From Guillardia theta CCMP2712 (lineage: Eukaryota; Protista; Cryptophyta): a stretch of DNA of 60,372 nt. Every line of letters starts with the position of its first letter. Position 1 is the stretch's first letter. Position numbers and translations under genes: made by a program. The stretch spans positions 1,001,892-1,062,263 of the forward strand of contig NW_005434661.1 in the NCBI RefSeq assembly GCF_000315625.1, in the 5' to 3' direction. This document shows positions 22,273 to 35,934 of this stretch, piece by piece. The notes below the pieces were generated by a model. It saw only the letters and a program-made list of their open reading frames with translations. It ran no database searches and was not told the DNA's origin.

Positions 22273-24150
22273 CCTACACAAGGTCGCTCATGGCGTCGAT
22301 GGTGGCGCTGCGAGGCCTCGCAGCAGCATAGAGGTCCTGCGATGGAGTGAGGACGAGCGAAAGAAGGAGAGACGGAGGGAGAGTGAAGATATCAAAGGAG
22401 GAGGAGGAGGAGGAGGAGGAGGAGGAAAGAAGCAGCAGTGCTCTAGGACGAGAAACAACTTGTTCCTCACCCTGCTGATGTCCTTGGCGGGAACTTTCTC
22501 GTCCATCTCACGACCGAAAGTCTGCACCGGTATCACACGCCCCTCGCTTTCTTCCTTGTCCTCCCAACCCCTCCTTCTGGTCAGTTTCTCACCTCATCGC
22601 CCAGCTTCTGCTTCCTGTTCAGCTTCGACCCCCGGAATCTCAGCTGCTGTGGACGCACACCCTTGGAGGCGATGCCTGCTTCCTGCATGGGCGCGAGCTC
22701 GCCGTGGTAGGGACCGTCGTTGGCCCATCCCGTCTCGTAAGCGACGTAGCCGTCAAGGGGGATGCCGGTGGAGCCGCCGGGATAGTCACCATCGGGAGGA
22801 AGAAACTTTTGAGGGGAGCCCACCCACTTCTGCTGGAACCTCGCGAACTTGTTGGCGAAGTTCATCTGCTTGCCGTGTACGCCGCTCCGGCTGCATCAAG
22901 ATCGTCAGCCGGTTGAAGCTGCCAAGCATGCAGGCGCCTCACAGGATCTGAGGGCTGAAGGTCTTGGAGGCGATGCCTGCTTCCTGCATGGGCGCGAGCT
23001 CGCCGTGGTAGGGACCGTCGTTGGCCCATCCCGTCTCGTAAGCGACGTAGCCGTCAAGGGGGATGCCGGTGGAGCCGCCGGGATAGTCACCATCGGGAGG
23101 AAGAAACTTTTGAGGGGAGCCCACCCACTTCTGCTGGAAGCGCCTGAGACAAACGGTACGCGTGAGCGGGACCAGAGGCAGTAGACTCGGAAGGCGAGAG
23201 AACAAAACTAGAGCGAGGCAAAGTACGGCCAGGCAAGGAGATAGAAGATGAAGCGCGGAACAACGAGGAGCAGCAAACGCACCTTGGTCTCCCGCTCATG
23301 TAGAGCGACGATGGCCTGCTCTTGATGGCTCCTGGTTGCTGGAAGGGCCATGGCTCGAACTAGCAGCACACAGTCACAGCATGCCACATAATGCACAGCA
23401 TCTACAGGATCAGGCAAGGAAGGCATCTTGGCGTCCGTGGGGCACTTGCAGACAGGTCCCTCTCCCTTCTCCTCGTCGCATCCTGAAGATGGGCAGGAGC
23501 AAGAGCAGCCGTCGGGATAGCGGATAGTGTCTGAGTGCGAAAGTTTGGAAGTCTTAAGCCCGGCCTTGAGCAGTAGCTGTTGCTGCTTCAGGTCCCGCGC
23601 AAGCTGCTGCTCGTCACGAACGATCTTGCTGGTCATAATCTGAAGAATCCGTCAGTAAAGAATCAAACATGGGATAGAAGATCTTGGACGATGCGAGCGA
23701 GTCAAGGTAGGGTGAGCCGATACGGAGAGCATACGATTGAACTGAGCCCTTGGGTTTCACTGTCGTTCCTCACCTTGTTCGCCTGGGCAAGGCCGAGAAG
23801 AGAGACACTGGAAGGAGAGGATCGCCATGACAGAGCCAGGATGCACACTGCTGCGATGCTCCCCGCAACCTGAGGTCACAGGACAGTGAGGAGAAGTGTG
23901 AGAAGGAGGCAAGATCTCACTGCAAGGGGAACCACTCGTCGCCTCTCGCTGAGAGACAGAGGAGGGAACGAACCGTCTGAAATCAAGTAAGATAACAAGT
24001 CAAGTCACAAGCTTAACCTGCAATCCTCGATGTCTCCTAATTTATGACTCTTGCACCGACAATCCTTTCCCTCACTTTCTTCCCAACTGGGCCTTTCCAT
24101 CCTTGATCCCTTTTGAACCTCCTCCCCATGTTCAGTTTCACTCATCACTT
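22273..24150 (-). CDS. Hypothetical membrane-anchored or secreted protein with a Cys-rich module and a duplicated 59-aa module
   Basis: Hydrophobic segment IAAVCILALSW, Cys-rich IRYPDGCSCSCPSSGC...CKCP, and two identical modules FQQKWVGSPQKFLPPDGDYPGGSTG...EAGIASK; ends uncertain. Confidence 0.5.
22662..23139. repeat. Exact 177-bp direct repeat (22662-22838 and 22963-23139)
   Basis: The two copies read identical by eye, offset by 301 bp. Confidence 0.9.
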
Positions 24151-24217
24151 CGTTTACATGTTCTTGCTCCTGCTCATGCTCGACTTCCTCTTCCTCCATC
24201 TTTTCTTCTTCGTCTTC

Positions 24218-24397
<180 letters not shown>

Positions 24398-24956
24398 TAC
24401 TTCAGCATCACTTCCACCATTCCCAGCATCCCTCCTCGCCCTCGCCCTCGCATCACTTACATTGCATGGCTCGCGCCTCTTCAGAATCGTATTCGCAATA
24501 AACAATTTATAGCATTCCATATATTTCCGATAAATGTTCCTTTTTGAGGTCCGTGGTTTTATTATTTTATTGATCGCCGCCGAGCCTCGAAGTCCGGCGG
24601 CGCGCCGCGCGGCGGCCCGGAGCCGCTGAGCCTGAGCGATCCGCTACTACCGCCTAGTAGGTTAACTTTGAGCCTAGTAGCCGCACCCGGTGACCACTGA
24701 CATACTACTGGCAGTTAAGGGAAGGTATCAGTTAAGTTTGGGGGACAGCAGTCGGCAGGAATAGGTTTGGTTCTCTTTTCTCTTCTCGCCGTTTGGCCTG
24801 TGCGACAGTGTCAGGGTCAAGCCTCCTCGACTCTCCTGATTGTCCTCGTCCGGGGCACACGAGTCAAAAGCCTGTGTGGGCCAACAGTCCTCAGTACTTG
24901 AATAATAGCATGACATCACATCAAACACAACTTCTACTTCTATCCGATCCGTCTAC

Positions 24957-26168
24957 TCATGCCTGAGAGCTGAAGACGATTCCCTCGGTATGTTGAGGCT
25001 GCGCTGGAACGACCTCCTCCTCGCTCTCATCCTTGTCAAACTCGGCGATCAAGTAGATGGGCATGTACATGAGCGCGATCGTCAACGGGGCAAGAAGAAC
25101 TCCAAGAATTCCGAGCTTGAACGATGACTTCGCATGAGGAATGTTGGCCTGCTCTGCGAGGTCGTACATCCCCAGCTGTACGATCAGACTGGCCATTGCG
25201 ACAAAAGTGAAGTAGAGGCTCTGCTTCGACAAACCAGCAAGACCAATGGCGAGGCCGTAGAGACCGACCAACAAGGCGAGAACGCCGTCTGCAATGAGGA
25301 ACTTGTACTTGAAGCTCATGAAAGGAGGCTGAACAGGAGACATGTACGACATAGCCGCTCCTGAAGCAGCCGCGGACATGGAGGATGAAATGCTGGCAGA
25401 AATTTGACTCATGGATGTTGATGTTGATGTTGATGTTGATGTTGATGTTGATCCTGTTGTCGATCCCATCCCTGCTATTGGGGGGGATGACGAAGCTGCT
25501 GCAATCAAGCTTGAGGCGGCTGCAGCCGCTGCCGCATGGCCAGGATGCAGCTTCTGATGGTCGACGACACCCATGGCAACTTCGCAGCTTGCCTTGATGA
25601 TAACCAGGAAGGAGTAGAAGACGATTCTCGGCTTGAAGTAGCTCCGCTCGTACAAAGCCGCTGCGCTGCCTGCATGGATCCTATACAACTGCAGCGAGAA
25701 GTAAAACTGACCACCCAGCACAGCGATGCCCATGGAGGCAGATCCGAACATTCCTAGCATGAACAAGCCCTTGCCAAGAGACGCGCTGGACTTGTCTGCG
25801 TAGAAGGCGTGGTATGCGATGGCCTGCGCGAGGAAGACAAACCATCCGAGGACTCCCTGGAGCACGAGAGTGATCAACGTGAACGTGGCGTTGCGGATGT
25901 TGAGAGAGAGGTGCAGGATCCCAGCAGTCAGCCCCAAGAAGCCCATTGCGCACAAGCAGACGCCGCATGCCAAGAGAACAGCGGGTGGAAACATGTAGCT
26001 TGACCCTCCCATCGCCCCCGTAGGAGTCGAATCTACCATGTTTGTCCTTGCTACTCCAAACACGATCAGCAAGGCAGAGAACAGAACGAGGTTGGCGGCA
26101 GCCTTGTATCCTGCCAGCGATGACGACCCGGCGGAATGGGAATGTACCTTCTTGCTTGTTTGCATCAT
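24957..26168 (-). CDS. Intronless multi-pass membrane protein of unknown function
   Basis: ~400-aa ORF with about 8 hydrophobic segments and an S/T/A-rich loop; TATAAA on the minus strand at about 26203-26208. Confidence 0.75.
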   Translation of the reverse strand: MMQTSKKVHSHSAGSSSLAGYKAAANLVLFSALLIVFGVARTNMVDSTPTGAMGGSSYMFPPAVLLACGVCLCAMGFLGLTAGILHLSLNIRNATFTLITLVLQGVLGWFVFLAQAIAYHAFYADKSSASLGKGLFMLGMFGSASMGIAVLGGQFYFSLQLYRIHAGSAAALYERSYFKPRIVFYSFLVIIKASCEVAMGVVDHQKLHPGHAAAAAAASSLIAAASSSPPIAGMGSTTGSTSTSTSTSTSTSMSQISASISSSMSAAASGAAMSYMSPVQPPFMSFKYKFLIADGVLALLVGLYGLAIGLAGLSKQSLYFTFVAMASLIVQLGMYDLAEQANIPHAKSSFKLGILGVLLAPLTIALMYMPIYLIAEFDKDESEEEVVPAQPQHTEGIVFSSQA

Positions 26169-27218
26169 GATGTCAAGATCTTCAGTTGATTGCACTCACG
26201 GTTTATACAAGTGGACGAAGGAGGACGAAGGGAGGGAGCGGGAAAAGGAGTGGAAGGCAGGAAGAGGAGGATATCTGAAGAACGCGGGCCGGGGGCAGCG
26301 GGCTGGTATCAAGGAGAAGAATAAGAGGGGGGCGTGAAGCTGGGGAGCGAGGAGGAGTCCTTATATGTGTAGCCACCGCAAGGAAACAAGGGGACGAGGC
26401 ACGTTCACTGACTTCAACAAAGGGTGGAGGTACCAAACGAGACCTGCAGGGAGGGGGGTACGTGGCAGAGGGGAGGGGGGTACGGGCCCGGGCCAGGGGG
26501 TACAGAAGTCAGGGGGGGTGACCGGAGCTCAAGATAAGATCTAATCTTAACACCGTGACTCTCCGAGCCTGATAAGTTGAGTAAAGCCTCGGACCGTACG
26601 GTACAGCCTGCCCAGTGAGCTGTAGCGGCCGGGCGGACTCCGACGGAGTCGAACCCTTACACCAGGCCTGACCGTACCGTACAGTTTTACAGCGCGGCGC
26701 GGCGCGGCCCCCGCAATCATCGGCGGTGCGGCGGCTGGGTCGGGGCCGACTCTGAGGGGCTGAGTGAGTCACGCGGCTGGGCCGAGGGCCTGACTCAGTG
26801 AGTCACCGGTGCGACTGGCCGCGTACCGGGCCGTAGGCTGCGGCACTCCGACGTCGGAGTCCTGCGGCACTGCGCCGGGCCGCCGCCCGGGGCCGGGGCC
26901 TGACGGAGTCTGTGACTGGGTGAGAGCGGTTCGTGGCCGTTACTACAACCGTTATTTTGGGCAAATTTTGAAGTGGCGGGTTCACGCCATTCTCGACAGC
27001 ATGAAAGTATCGAACAAGTCGAATGTGCAAGTAAGTACGTCGAGACAGGCTTGTTGCATGACCTGCCAGCCTCAGTTTGTCGTCGACGGATCTTGTGTTT
27101 TGATGAAAGGCAAGTGCAAGACTTTCCCATGTTCCAGGTAAGATCTTCCCAGTAATGCTATGAGTGTGACAAGATGCATGGCAGAGATGGATGGAGATGC
27201 GCATCTTGTGTGCAGAGC

Positions 27219-29364
27219 ATGGAAGCAGCATACAAGCAAATAATCCAAGACAAGATTCTTGTGAGTCTTGCCTCAACTTTCCCTGAGAATTCATTAGAAC
27301 ATGTTCAGCATTACGACAGTGGAGCTTCTGAGATAGAAGAGAAGAATCTTCAGGTCAGCATTCATGGTGCAGTTTGCCATGAAATGATGCACAACAGCTT
27401 TGCGAGCTTCAGAAGGTGATTGAGATCGCCAACAGTCAGATACCGCTCTTGCAGGTCATGAATGTAATCAACCACAGCTTCCATCATTGTCGCTACAGGA
27501 TCAAACCTTTGAGGCCACTCGGAGAGCTGACAACTACAAGTCTGAGATGGACAGCATGGCGATCAAAGTACTTGCTTTCTGACTTGTTGTGCAAGCGACG
27601 TGAATGTTCGTTACAGATCAAGGAGCTCGAGCAGAAGCTTGAGTTGGCACAGACAGATGATTGGACTGAAAGGCAATGAAATCCGCTATTCCTCCCTCTG
27701 CACTACTCCTGCTCCTCCTGCTCCTCCTGCTCCTCCTGCTCTTCCCCCCTTTTCTCATTTTCTCTTGGTATTCTGAGCTCCTTCCTCTCCTCTCATGCTC
27801 TTACAGATTGCAAGGAGCTGAAAGCAAGATCAGCGAACTAACAGAAGAGCTTACAAGCGTTCGGTATTACATTGTTTGTGATACCGGGGATTGAGATCGA
27901 GCTATTTGCAGACACGAGTTGATAAAGCAGAAGACAATAACAGCAGAGTCAAAGAAACAGCAGAAGGTGTCTTGTATCAGATTGAAGGTGAAAATGATTC
28001 CTGGACGTGTAGTTGGTCAGTCTCGATATCAACAACTACCGTCATTATGTGAAGAAGGCGCGGGAGAAACAGAGAGCAAACAAGTGCACATGTTGTACCT
28101 CAACACAGTCAACACTGAATCTACTGCAGTGAATCTCTTTTGAGGTTGAAAAGAACTCAAAACGTAAGATTTGTTTCTTGCAAGCCTTCTTCGCCTGTCC
28201 TCCTTCCTGTCTCGTTGTCTCACTTGCGACACAGGCGCTGGCATTAGAAGTGATTAGCAAGGAAACGTCATCGCTCGACTTGAGAAATAAGGTGATAGTG
28301 ACGATCCTGGTGGTGGTGGTGGTGGTGTGTTGATCATGGAATAAGATGCAAAATGTTAAGATGATGATATTGCGATGATATTGAAAAAACATGATGTTTC
28401 TTTTCAACCCCCCCCTTGTCCTTGTCCTTGTCCTTGTCCTTGTCCTTGTCCTTGTACTTTGGTCGTCCTCGTCCTTGTTCTGTTCCTGATCCCTCACCAT
28501 CGTCCGCGACAGGTCGAAGAGCTCAACAAGCTGCTCCTCGAAACGATCGAACAGCAACAGGGGCTTCAGAAGCACAACGAGTCGCTCTCAAACACAGTAG
28601 ACCAGCTCTCAAAAGGTTTTATTTCCTCTTCATCTTCCTCTTCCTCTTCCGCTTCCTCGTTTTCTCCCTACCTCTGGTTCCTCGTTCACTTCCTCACCTC
28701 TCTCGAACTGAGCCACATCATTATCTTTCAGCGTTGGAGTTGGCGGTTGACACGGATCAGGACATGAAGCAAGCGCGAGAGCAGCTGCTGGTGAGCTCAA
28801 CCCCAATACATGCTTGCTCTCAGTCTTCCTGGTTCCAACCTTGTCTCTGCTCTTGCTCCCCCTCCCTTTTATCCTTATGACGGACTGTTCGAACAGGTTG
28901 AGAATGAGCAGCTCAAAGAAGAGATCATGCAGGTTTGAACTGCTCCTCCTCTCCTTCGCGACCCTCCTGTCATGCTCCTCGTCCCCCCGCCTCCTTCGCT
29001 CTTTCCCGCTCCTTTCCTGTGGCTCATCAATGTTTCAGATGAAAACTCGCTTGAGCTTGCGCAACAATGAGAAACAACTGTTCAAGGTAGCCGAAGGGGG
29101 GATGGCGTGGAGGACGATGGGGGAGAGAAAGGCCGGAGGAAAGACATGAAGGGAGTAGATGGAGAATAGAAGTGCGAGGAGAAAGGGGAAACGTAGAGGG
29201 CGAGGGCAAGGGAGAGGAGGAGGGAGATGGTGAAGGCAGGGAGAGGCAATGACGATCGAGCAGGCTAACCTATCGCGGGAGCGGATGCTGAGGAAGGGGC
29301 TACAGGAGGAGCAGGAGCGAACATCCTCCCAGAGGAGGCTGGTGGACCACAAAGCGTGAAATAG
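27219..29364 (+). CDS. Coiled-coil protein with many short exons
   Basis: Heptad-rich exons (IKELEQKLELAQ, GAESKISELTEEL, VEELNKLLLETIEQQQGLQKHNESL, VENEQLKEEIMQ) with GT-AG introns. Confidence 0.6.
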
Positions 29365-29497
29365 AAGCTTGAGTAGTTGAGGACAGCCGAGGAAGAGCTG
29401 GGTTGTTGGTGTAGGGTAGCTTTGGGGAAATGGGGAGGGATGGAGGTGTGGGGAGGGGAACGATGATGACGATGCAGACGTGAAGGATGACGATGAC

Positions 29498-29529
<32 letters not shown>

Positions 29530-29656
29530 GGAGGAGGAGGAGGAGGAGAGCAGTTCACGTGTAGGAGATCATTCTACGCATGTTCACATGTAGATTGTAA
29601 GCAACTTCATGCATTCAATCTCTCACGCCCGTTGCCTTCCTCTCTCTACCCGCCAT

Positions 29657-30031
29657 TCAATTGTGTGCCGCCAACCTTATCTTGTCGTGGGTTTTCGCTT
29701 GGCCGTGCCTGGAAGTTCGCAGATATTGAACTTCGAGAAACTTCTCGTCTACAGAAACTGAAAAAGAGACAGTCGGACAGTCAAGAGATTATCAGAGAAA
29801 AGCAGTTGAGCAAGAAGAGATGGAAGAATGTTGGGGGGCCTTCACTCCCTCCCTTCCTTACCTCTCAGGTAGCCATGGTGTAGCGAGTCTGCATACTCGA
29901 ACTCCTTGGGCTTCGGCATCACGATCGGCGAGTTCAAGTAGCCCCCGTTGCCGGTCACTAGATAGACAGGAGCCGCTGCTGACTTGTTAGGCTTCATGGG
30001 AAGAAGAGGAGTCCTGCTCCTGCTCCTAATC

Positions 30032-30072
<41 letters not shown>

Positions 30073-33000
30073 GGCCTCAGAAGGACGAAGATTCAGGACG
30101 GGGAGCGAGAAAGGGAAAAAATGAGGAGGAAGTGCAAGAAAGGAGGAAGGAGTTAGGGGGGTGGTAGGGCAACAAGCAGGGAGCGTAGAGGAGAGCAAGT
30201 TTACCGTATCCCCCGTCTCCCGTTTTCTGACATTCTCCATGGTAAATGGGGCAAGTGCGCTGATAGCTGTGGTGATGACCAGCAAGAACAACGTCAACCT
30301 GATACAATCATGGTGAACAGGACGTGCAAATCTCTACTCCTCGTCCTCGTCCTCGTCCTCGTCCTCTTCTTCGTCCTAGCATCAACCCCCCTCCCCTCCG
30401 TCCAGACACATCCTATTTCCATCCTCCACCCACACTTCGTCCTACCTTGTACAGCATGAGCAAAGGTTCGAACGCTTCCCTCAGCTCTTGCGCCACCTGC
30501 TGATCATCCGCCGCTCCTGGCAAGATACCGGTGAAGTACTGCAGCAGGAGACATCAGCCTCCTCCTCTTCCCCCCCGCCCCGCCCCCCCCCCAGCTCCCC
30601 TCCTCCTCCTCCTCTTCCTCCTCCTCCTCGAGGCTTCACCATCGGCCGATGGCCAACAACCATCACCCATGGCGTCACTGAGCGATCGACCAGCCGCAGA
30701 TCCTCTTCAAGCCACTGAACAGTCAAGAGTCAACCATCGAACATCCTCGTGCTTCCTCCCTCCGTTCCTCCTCCTTGTCTTCCTCATCATCATCCTCGTC
30801 CTTGCCTTGTCCTCGTCCTCGTCCATGTGCTTCTCAACTCCCCCCGGCTCTCTGCCGATCGTCTTGTCGCTGATTTACCTCTCTGTTACTCCTCTCCTCC
30901 TCCTCTTTCCCCTGCTTCTTGCGCTCTCTTCCCCTCTCCTGCTCATCGTTTCCTCCTCCCATCACCTTTTTCTGCTGCTCTAGCGAATGCTCGGTGGAGA
31001 TCACGGCAACATGCAGAAGAGGATGCGAGAAGCTGTACCAGGGCGAGTCGGAAGAGGCCGAGGAGGAGAAGGCTGAGGGGGAGAAGGATCAGAAGCCTCC
31101 AAGTTTTGCATCCTAGACCTGAGAATGATGGAAGGGTTGGTGAAGGGGCCGGCATGACAAATCTCCTGTTGTAAGCAACTCCACATTCTCCTCCTGAGTC
31201 GAAACTTCCTCTCACGCTTCCTGTACAAGTTTCAATCACATGATTGTGAGCTTGCCGCCTCCTCTCTGTGATCTCCGTCCTCCTCACTTCCCTCTCTCTC
31301 CTTGCTAATCTTTCCACCTCACTCACTGCTCTTCCCATGACGCTTCTCTTTCTCACCGCTGTTGGGCCAATCTCTTTCGTGGTTACCAATAGCAGTCATG
31401 TACGGGACTTGAGTGGCGATTTCCTCAATCTTCCAAACCTTTCATGTCAAGTATGTTGTTCTCACAGAAACACAAGCTCTTTCCACCTGATCCATGAAGT
31501 TTTCCCACTCTGACTCAAACCCCTTCGCGTACGAGATGTCTCCGACTGTCAGCGTCAGTGAGAAGGAGGTTGCTTGAGCTTGCAAGACAGACCGTGCAGG
31601 ACGAAGGAAATATCTGAGATTTCCCTCTCAACACTCGCAGTTGTCGCCTTGCTTGCCTTAGAAGCATGTTACATTCCACTTGCACTCCTCTTTTGCTTCT
31701 CACAGGACAATCGCAATGCTGGAAAGTGTGATCGTTACTGTGTTGACCAACATCTCCGTAGACAACAAAAGAAACTGGAAGATTGTGTGACTGCACTTCA
31801 AGATGACAACGAATTCTTTACATGCTTGTCTGTGAGGAAATGTTCTTCCTATTGATATGCATCTGATTTTGCTCCAACCATCGTCTGAAACTGTTTTATC
31901 ACCACTTTTCACATCTTTTGATGGTAACAACCGTCGCTCCCGTATCTATAGCAGAGGTCTTTGCTCCCTTGAGTAGCTTTCATCATCGCTCGATGTCTAA
32001 TGCCAGGATCACGAAACCCAACGCCGCTTGCCCATCCTCCGCACATCTCCTCAGAGGAGTACAAGAGAGCAGAAGATGCCATGCTGATAGCCGTGATGTT
32101 GCTTGTGCTTGGGCCAAACTGTACCATCTGATTCGTGAAATTACGACCTGCACAATCATTTTCAATACCTCCTCCATAGAAAATTCATGATCACCGCCAC
32201 TACAATCATCAACTCCATTATCAGCATCTTGTCAGTCATGACTACATACATCACCAAGATAATACCGCTCTCCGCCATCTGACCTCCATCAAATAACATG
32301 ATCATTATATCTATCTCCTCCTCCATCTCCAACATTGTCAACTTTATTGCATGTATAATGTTGGTAACAATCAACACCTGTTGTCCAAGAAAGCAGCAGC
32401 TCTCCAGGGTTCGACGTGTAGGCAAGATGTGCTTGTGTAGGCTGATTCTTCCTTTCTAGAGACACGACATTGCTCTTCCCAACCAACTGCGCCTTGTCGC
32501 CTATCGCCTTGAACAAGTAGAAGACCTGAGATGCTTTCGCTCAACGACATCATCACATGGTTTGAAGTCAGTCACGCACAATGTCCTCTCGCATGTTCAA
32601 CATGTCGAATTTGTGCTCTCCTGCCGATCAATCAGCTAATTTTTTGATTTGTCCCTTCGAACAGCATCGACAGACCTCGGACGCTGTTGACAACAAATTG
32701 AAACTTTATGGGAGATGTGCGCGTGATATCATCGCTTACAAGGTAAGCCCCCACCCAGTAAGGAGACCAGTGCCTGCATGCTTGTCATTCTCTTACTCAG
32801 TATGCTCTATCTCACCAGGGTAAGCTCCTCCATCGGACAGTGATGGTTTGTTTACCCCCTTGCATGATAAGCGAATCTACTGACAGTGATACGCACGACG
32901 AAGGGCATTTAGGGATGATATGGCTTGGTTCGAACAGCTGGAATGGTCGAGCATACTCCAAGAAAGAAAGACAAGACCATTGAGGCTGGATCGGCATGCC

Positions 33001-33324
33001 TGGATCAATCATACTCGAATTTTCTGACACCAGTGTCTCAAATCCCCACAGCTTACTTTCTTCATGCTTGGCTTCGTTCGACATAATGTGCATCTTATTT
33101 CGCGTTACAAAGGGGGGAAAGGCTTCCAGGTGAGCAGCAGGAGGCACATGTACGATTGTAGGGGTATGACGATGAGGAAATTGATGGTGAGAAGAATCTT
33201 CCGAATGCTGAACCACTGCAGTCTCTACATAAATTGGTGCCGCAAAAGAAACTCCTCCTCCTCCTCCACCTCCTCCTCCTATCAGCAACGCAACAACAGC
33301 TGTCCACCGCAACACAAACTTCAT
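29657..33324 (-). CDS. Purple acid phosphatase (FN3 plus calcineurin-like metallophosphoesterase), secreted
   Basis: N-terminal signal peptide; PTQAHLAY, GFRDPG, VVYGDVG, GDISYA, DSGGECGV, DRSVTPWVMVVGHRPM, VDVVLAGHHHSYQRTCP, PVYLVTGNGG. Confidence 0.9.
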
Positions 33325-34680
33325 TGTCGAAGTGGTTGGCCAACATGTGCGGTTTCACAACTCCCTGGTAAAGTTTCGAAGTTGTCATTAAAAGTTTCTG
33401 AAATTTCAGGCAACTTACAATAATACACAACCATGATGCATTCAAATTTTCATGGAGCAGTTTAAACTTCAATTTTACAATATAAACTATGTTTACTACA
33501 GGATTCTATTCAGTTCCCGAAAAAAATCTGATATGAAATCATCTCTTTTCGAGATTGATGTCTTCCCACTACCGGTACATTTGCCCACGAGATCTGGACC
33601 AGGGGTGGAAAATGGTCATTGATCAAACCCGCATTTTACTGCATTATTGTTTATCAACCACCGTCACTTCGGTTCACCGAGACCACCCCTCCTTTTCTAG
33701 ACATTCTTTTGCTATTTCCACCACCCCTCCCCTCCACTCAACCCAGTGGTTCATTTTTGAGAATTGAAGGCCGAAGCACAGATTCATGTCGACGGGAGGT
33801 GCAGGGGTAGGGGCATCCTGAGGCTAGGGTTTCAGAGTATAGCAAAATTATATATGAAGACAATTGATAAATATCTCTGGTATTGGGCTCTGATTTTGAA
33901 TAGCACCCAGGTAATGCATATACACCAGGAAGGGCGATACAAAGGTAAAGCCAGTTGGTGTACTACATCGGGATAGGGGTACTAAAAGATGGGGTAGAGG
34001 TACTCGACTACCCAAGACTAGATCAGTGAAAATATGTGTCAAGGTGGGGTGAGTAAATTTTAGAGATGTCGAAGGTAGGGTAGGGTAGGGTGCTGCTGGT
34101 GGAGGAGGACTTCGGACGGGGGCTGCGGTGTGGCGCATGGGTATGAGGAGAGAAGGGAGCTAGCGAGGTAGATATGCGCTCCCATGCTGCCTTCAGATGC
34201 CTGGAAGAACCAGCAGAGCTCGATCTTTCAGAGAGGATGCAAGCAAATGGTTGAGGAGATTGGCGCTGCTGCCTCTGGTTCGGGCAAGGAGCCGAGGCGC
34301 TTGGAGTGAAGTAGAATTCAGAAGCATGATAGTACAAGCCCGTAGATCTTCTTGACTTCTAGGCGGTGAAGTAATTTTCGAGCTACTACAAAATATCTCT
34401 TGTGTATCAATCTGAATGCAGGAAATCTAGGGTGTGTGTTGTGTCGTGCTATGTCGTGCTGTGTTGTGCTGTATGGTAAGGTGTGGTATGGTACTGTGTG
34501 GTTTTGTATTGCATATTATTTTTGAGTATGGTATTGTTGAGGTAGCTGTGTAGGTGCGAAAGTTTCTTTGATGCTGAGTACGTAATTCCTTGAACTGAAA
34601 TGCGTTGATCGATTGTTGGTTTCCAGGCGATCTCGGTGCCGAGCCATGTGGTCCTTGTGATAGTGATCGGCCCTTGAAGG

Positions 34681-35934
34681 ATGAGCAACGGAGAAAACTC
34701 CTTCGGCAGCATGCGGGATTGGACTATCATCGTCAACCCTGCTAGCTCAGGAGGCAAGACAAAGAGCACCTGGCCATCTACTTTCGAGCAGTTGTGTGCC
34801 ATAGCTGCCCAAATGGGCTATGAGCATCCCACAGAAGCGCGTGTGCTCGAGTCCATGGGCATGGGTAGCGCGACTGATCTGACGAGGAAGGTGTTGAGAG
34901 AGGGAGCTAAGGTGGTGGTAGCAGTGGGAGGAGACGGAACCTTGTCGGAAGTGATGGAAGGTTTCTTCGAGCCAGACACAGATGAGATGATCAATGAAGA
35001 GGCCGTGATTGGGTACCTTCAGTCGGGGACCGGGTCGGACTTTCGCAGGACTCTGGGATGGCAAAACCAAGATCTTCAGGAATGGATCGTCAGGTTGCTT
35101 CGAAGACAAACCAAAAAGTTGGACATTTGCGGCAGCTGCTTCACTGGAACCGATGGGACGATCAAAAAGAGGCATTTCATCAACATGTCCAGTTGTGGGG
35201 TGAGCGCGTCAATAGCGAAACTTGCAAACGAGAAATACAAAATGTTTGGGCCGAACTTGACATATATCATGGTGACGCCTGCGATTGCTTGGAATAATCT
35301 TCGTTTGATCTAGTCTGCACAGGCCTCGTTCGGTGGATTCATGCAATTCTCACCTTTCAAAGTTCGAATCAAGGTCGATGACAAAGACTGGATTGAGGTG
35401 TTTTATTATATCCTTCTCTTCTTCTCTGACCTATTTCTGCTTGAAAGCATGAAGAGGTAACCTTCATCACGATCTGCAACGGGAAATTTTTTGGTGGAGG
35501 CATGAAAATTTGTCCACCCGCGGACCCCTTCGATGGATACATCCATTTGGTCGTCTACAAAGGTTTCTCCCTTGCTCAAACACGCTTCTTATCTGCCTCT
35601 TTCCTTTTTCTATTTGCTTTTCTGCCTCTGCGAATGTGTCTCTGCTTCTTTTCCTTCTGTCTCAGAACACTCAATGTCCTTGTATGGCTATCTGGACTCA
35701 TACCCTGTGGCAGGCGTTGATTTCTTAACCTTTCTTATTTCTCTTCCCAAGCTACTCGGTGGGGAAGGGATACTAGACAGCAACAGCATTTTCGTCGAGA
35801 AGGTCAAGACCTGCGACATCCAGGTGGAAGAGAAAGACAAGGGGAAAGTGAACATGGAGCTTGACGGGGAGTCGATTGCTGTCCTGCCGGCTCAATTTCA
35901 CATTCTCCCGGAACGGATGCACATGATCATGTGA
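34681..35934 (+). CDS. Diacylglycerol/sphingoid-base kinase family (DAGK_cat, YegS-like) lipid kinase
   Basis: IVNPASSGG, VAVGGDGTLSEV, GTGSDF, NGKFFGGGMKICP.ADPFDG, ELDGE. Confidence 0.9.
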
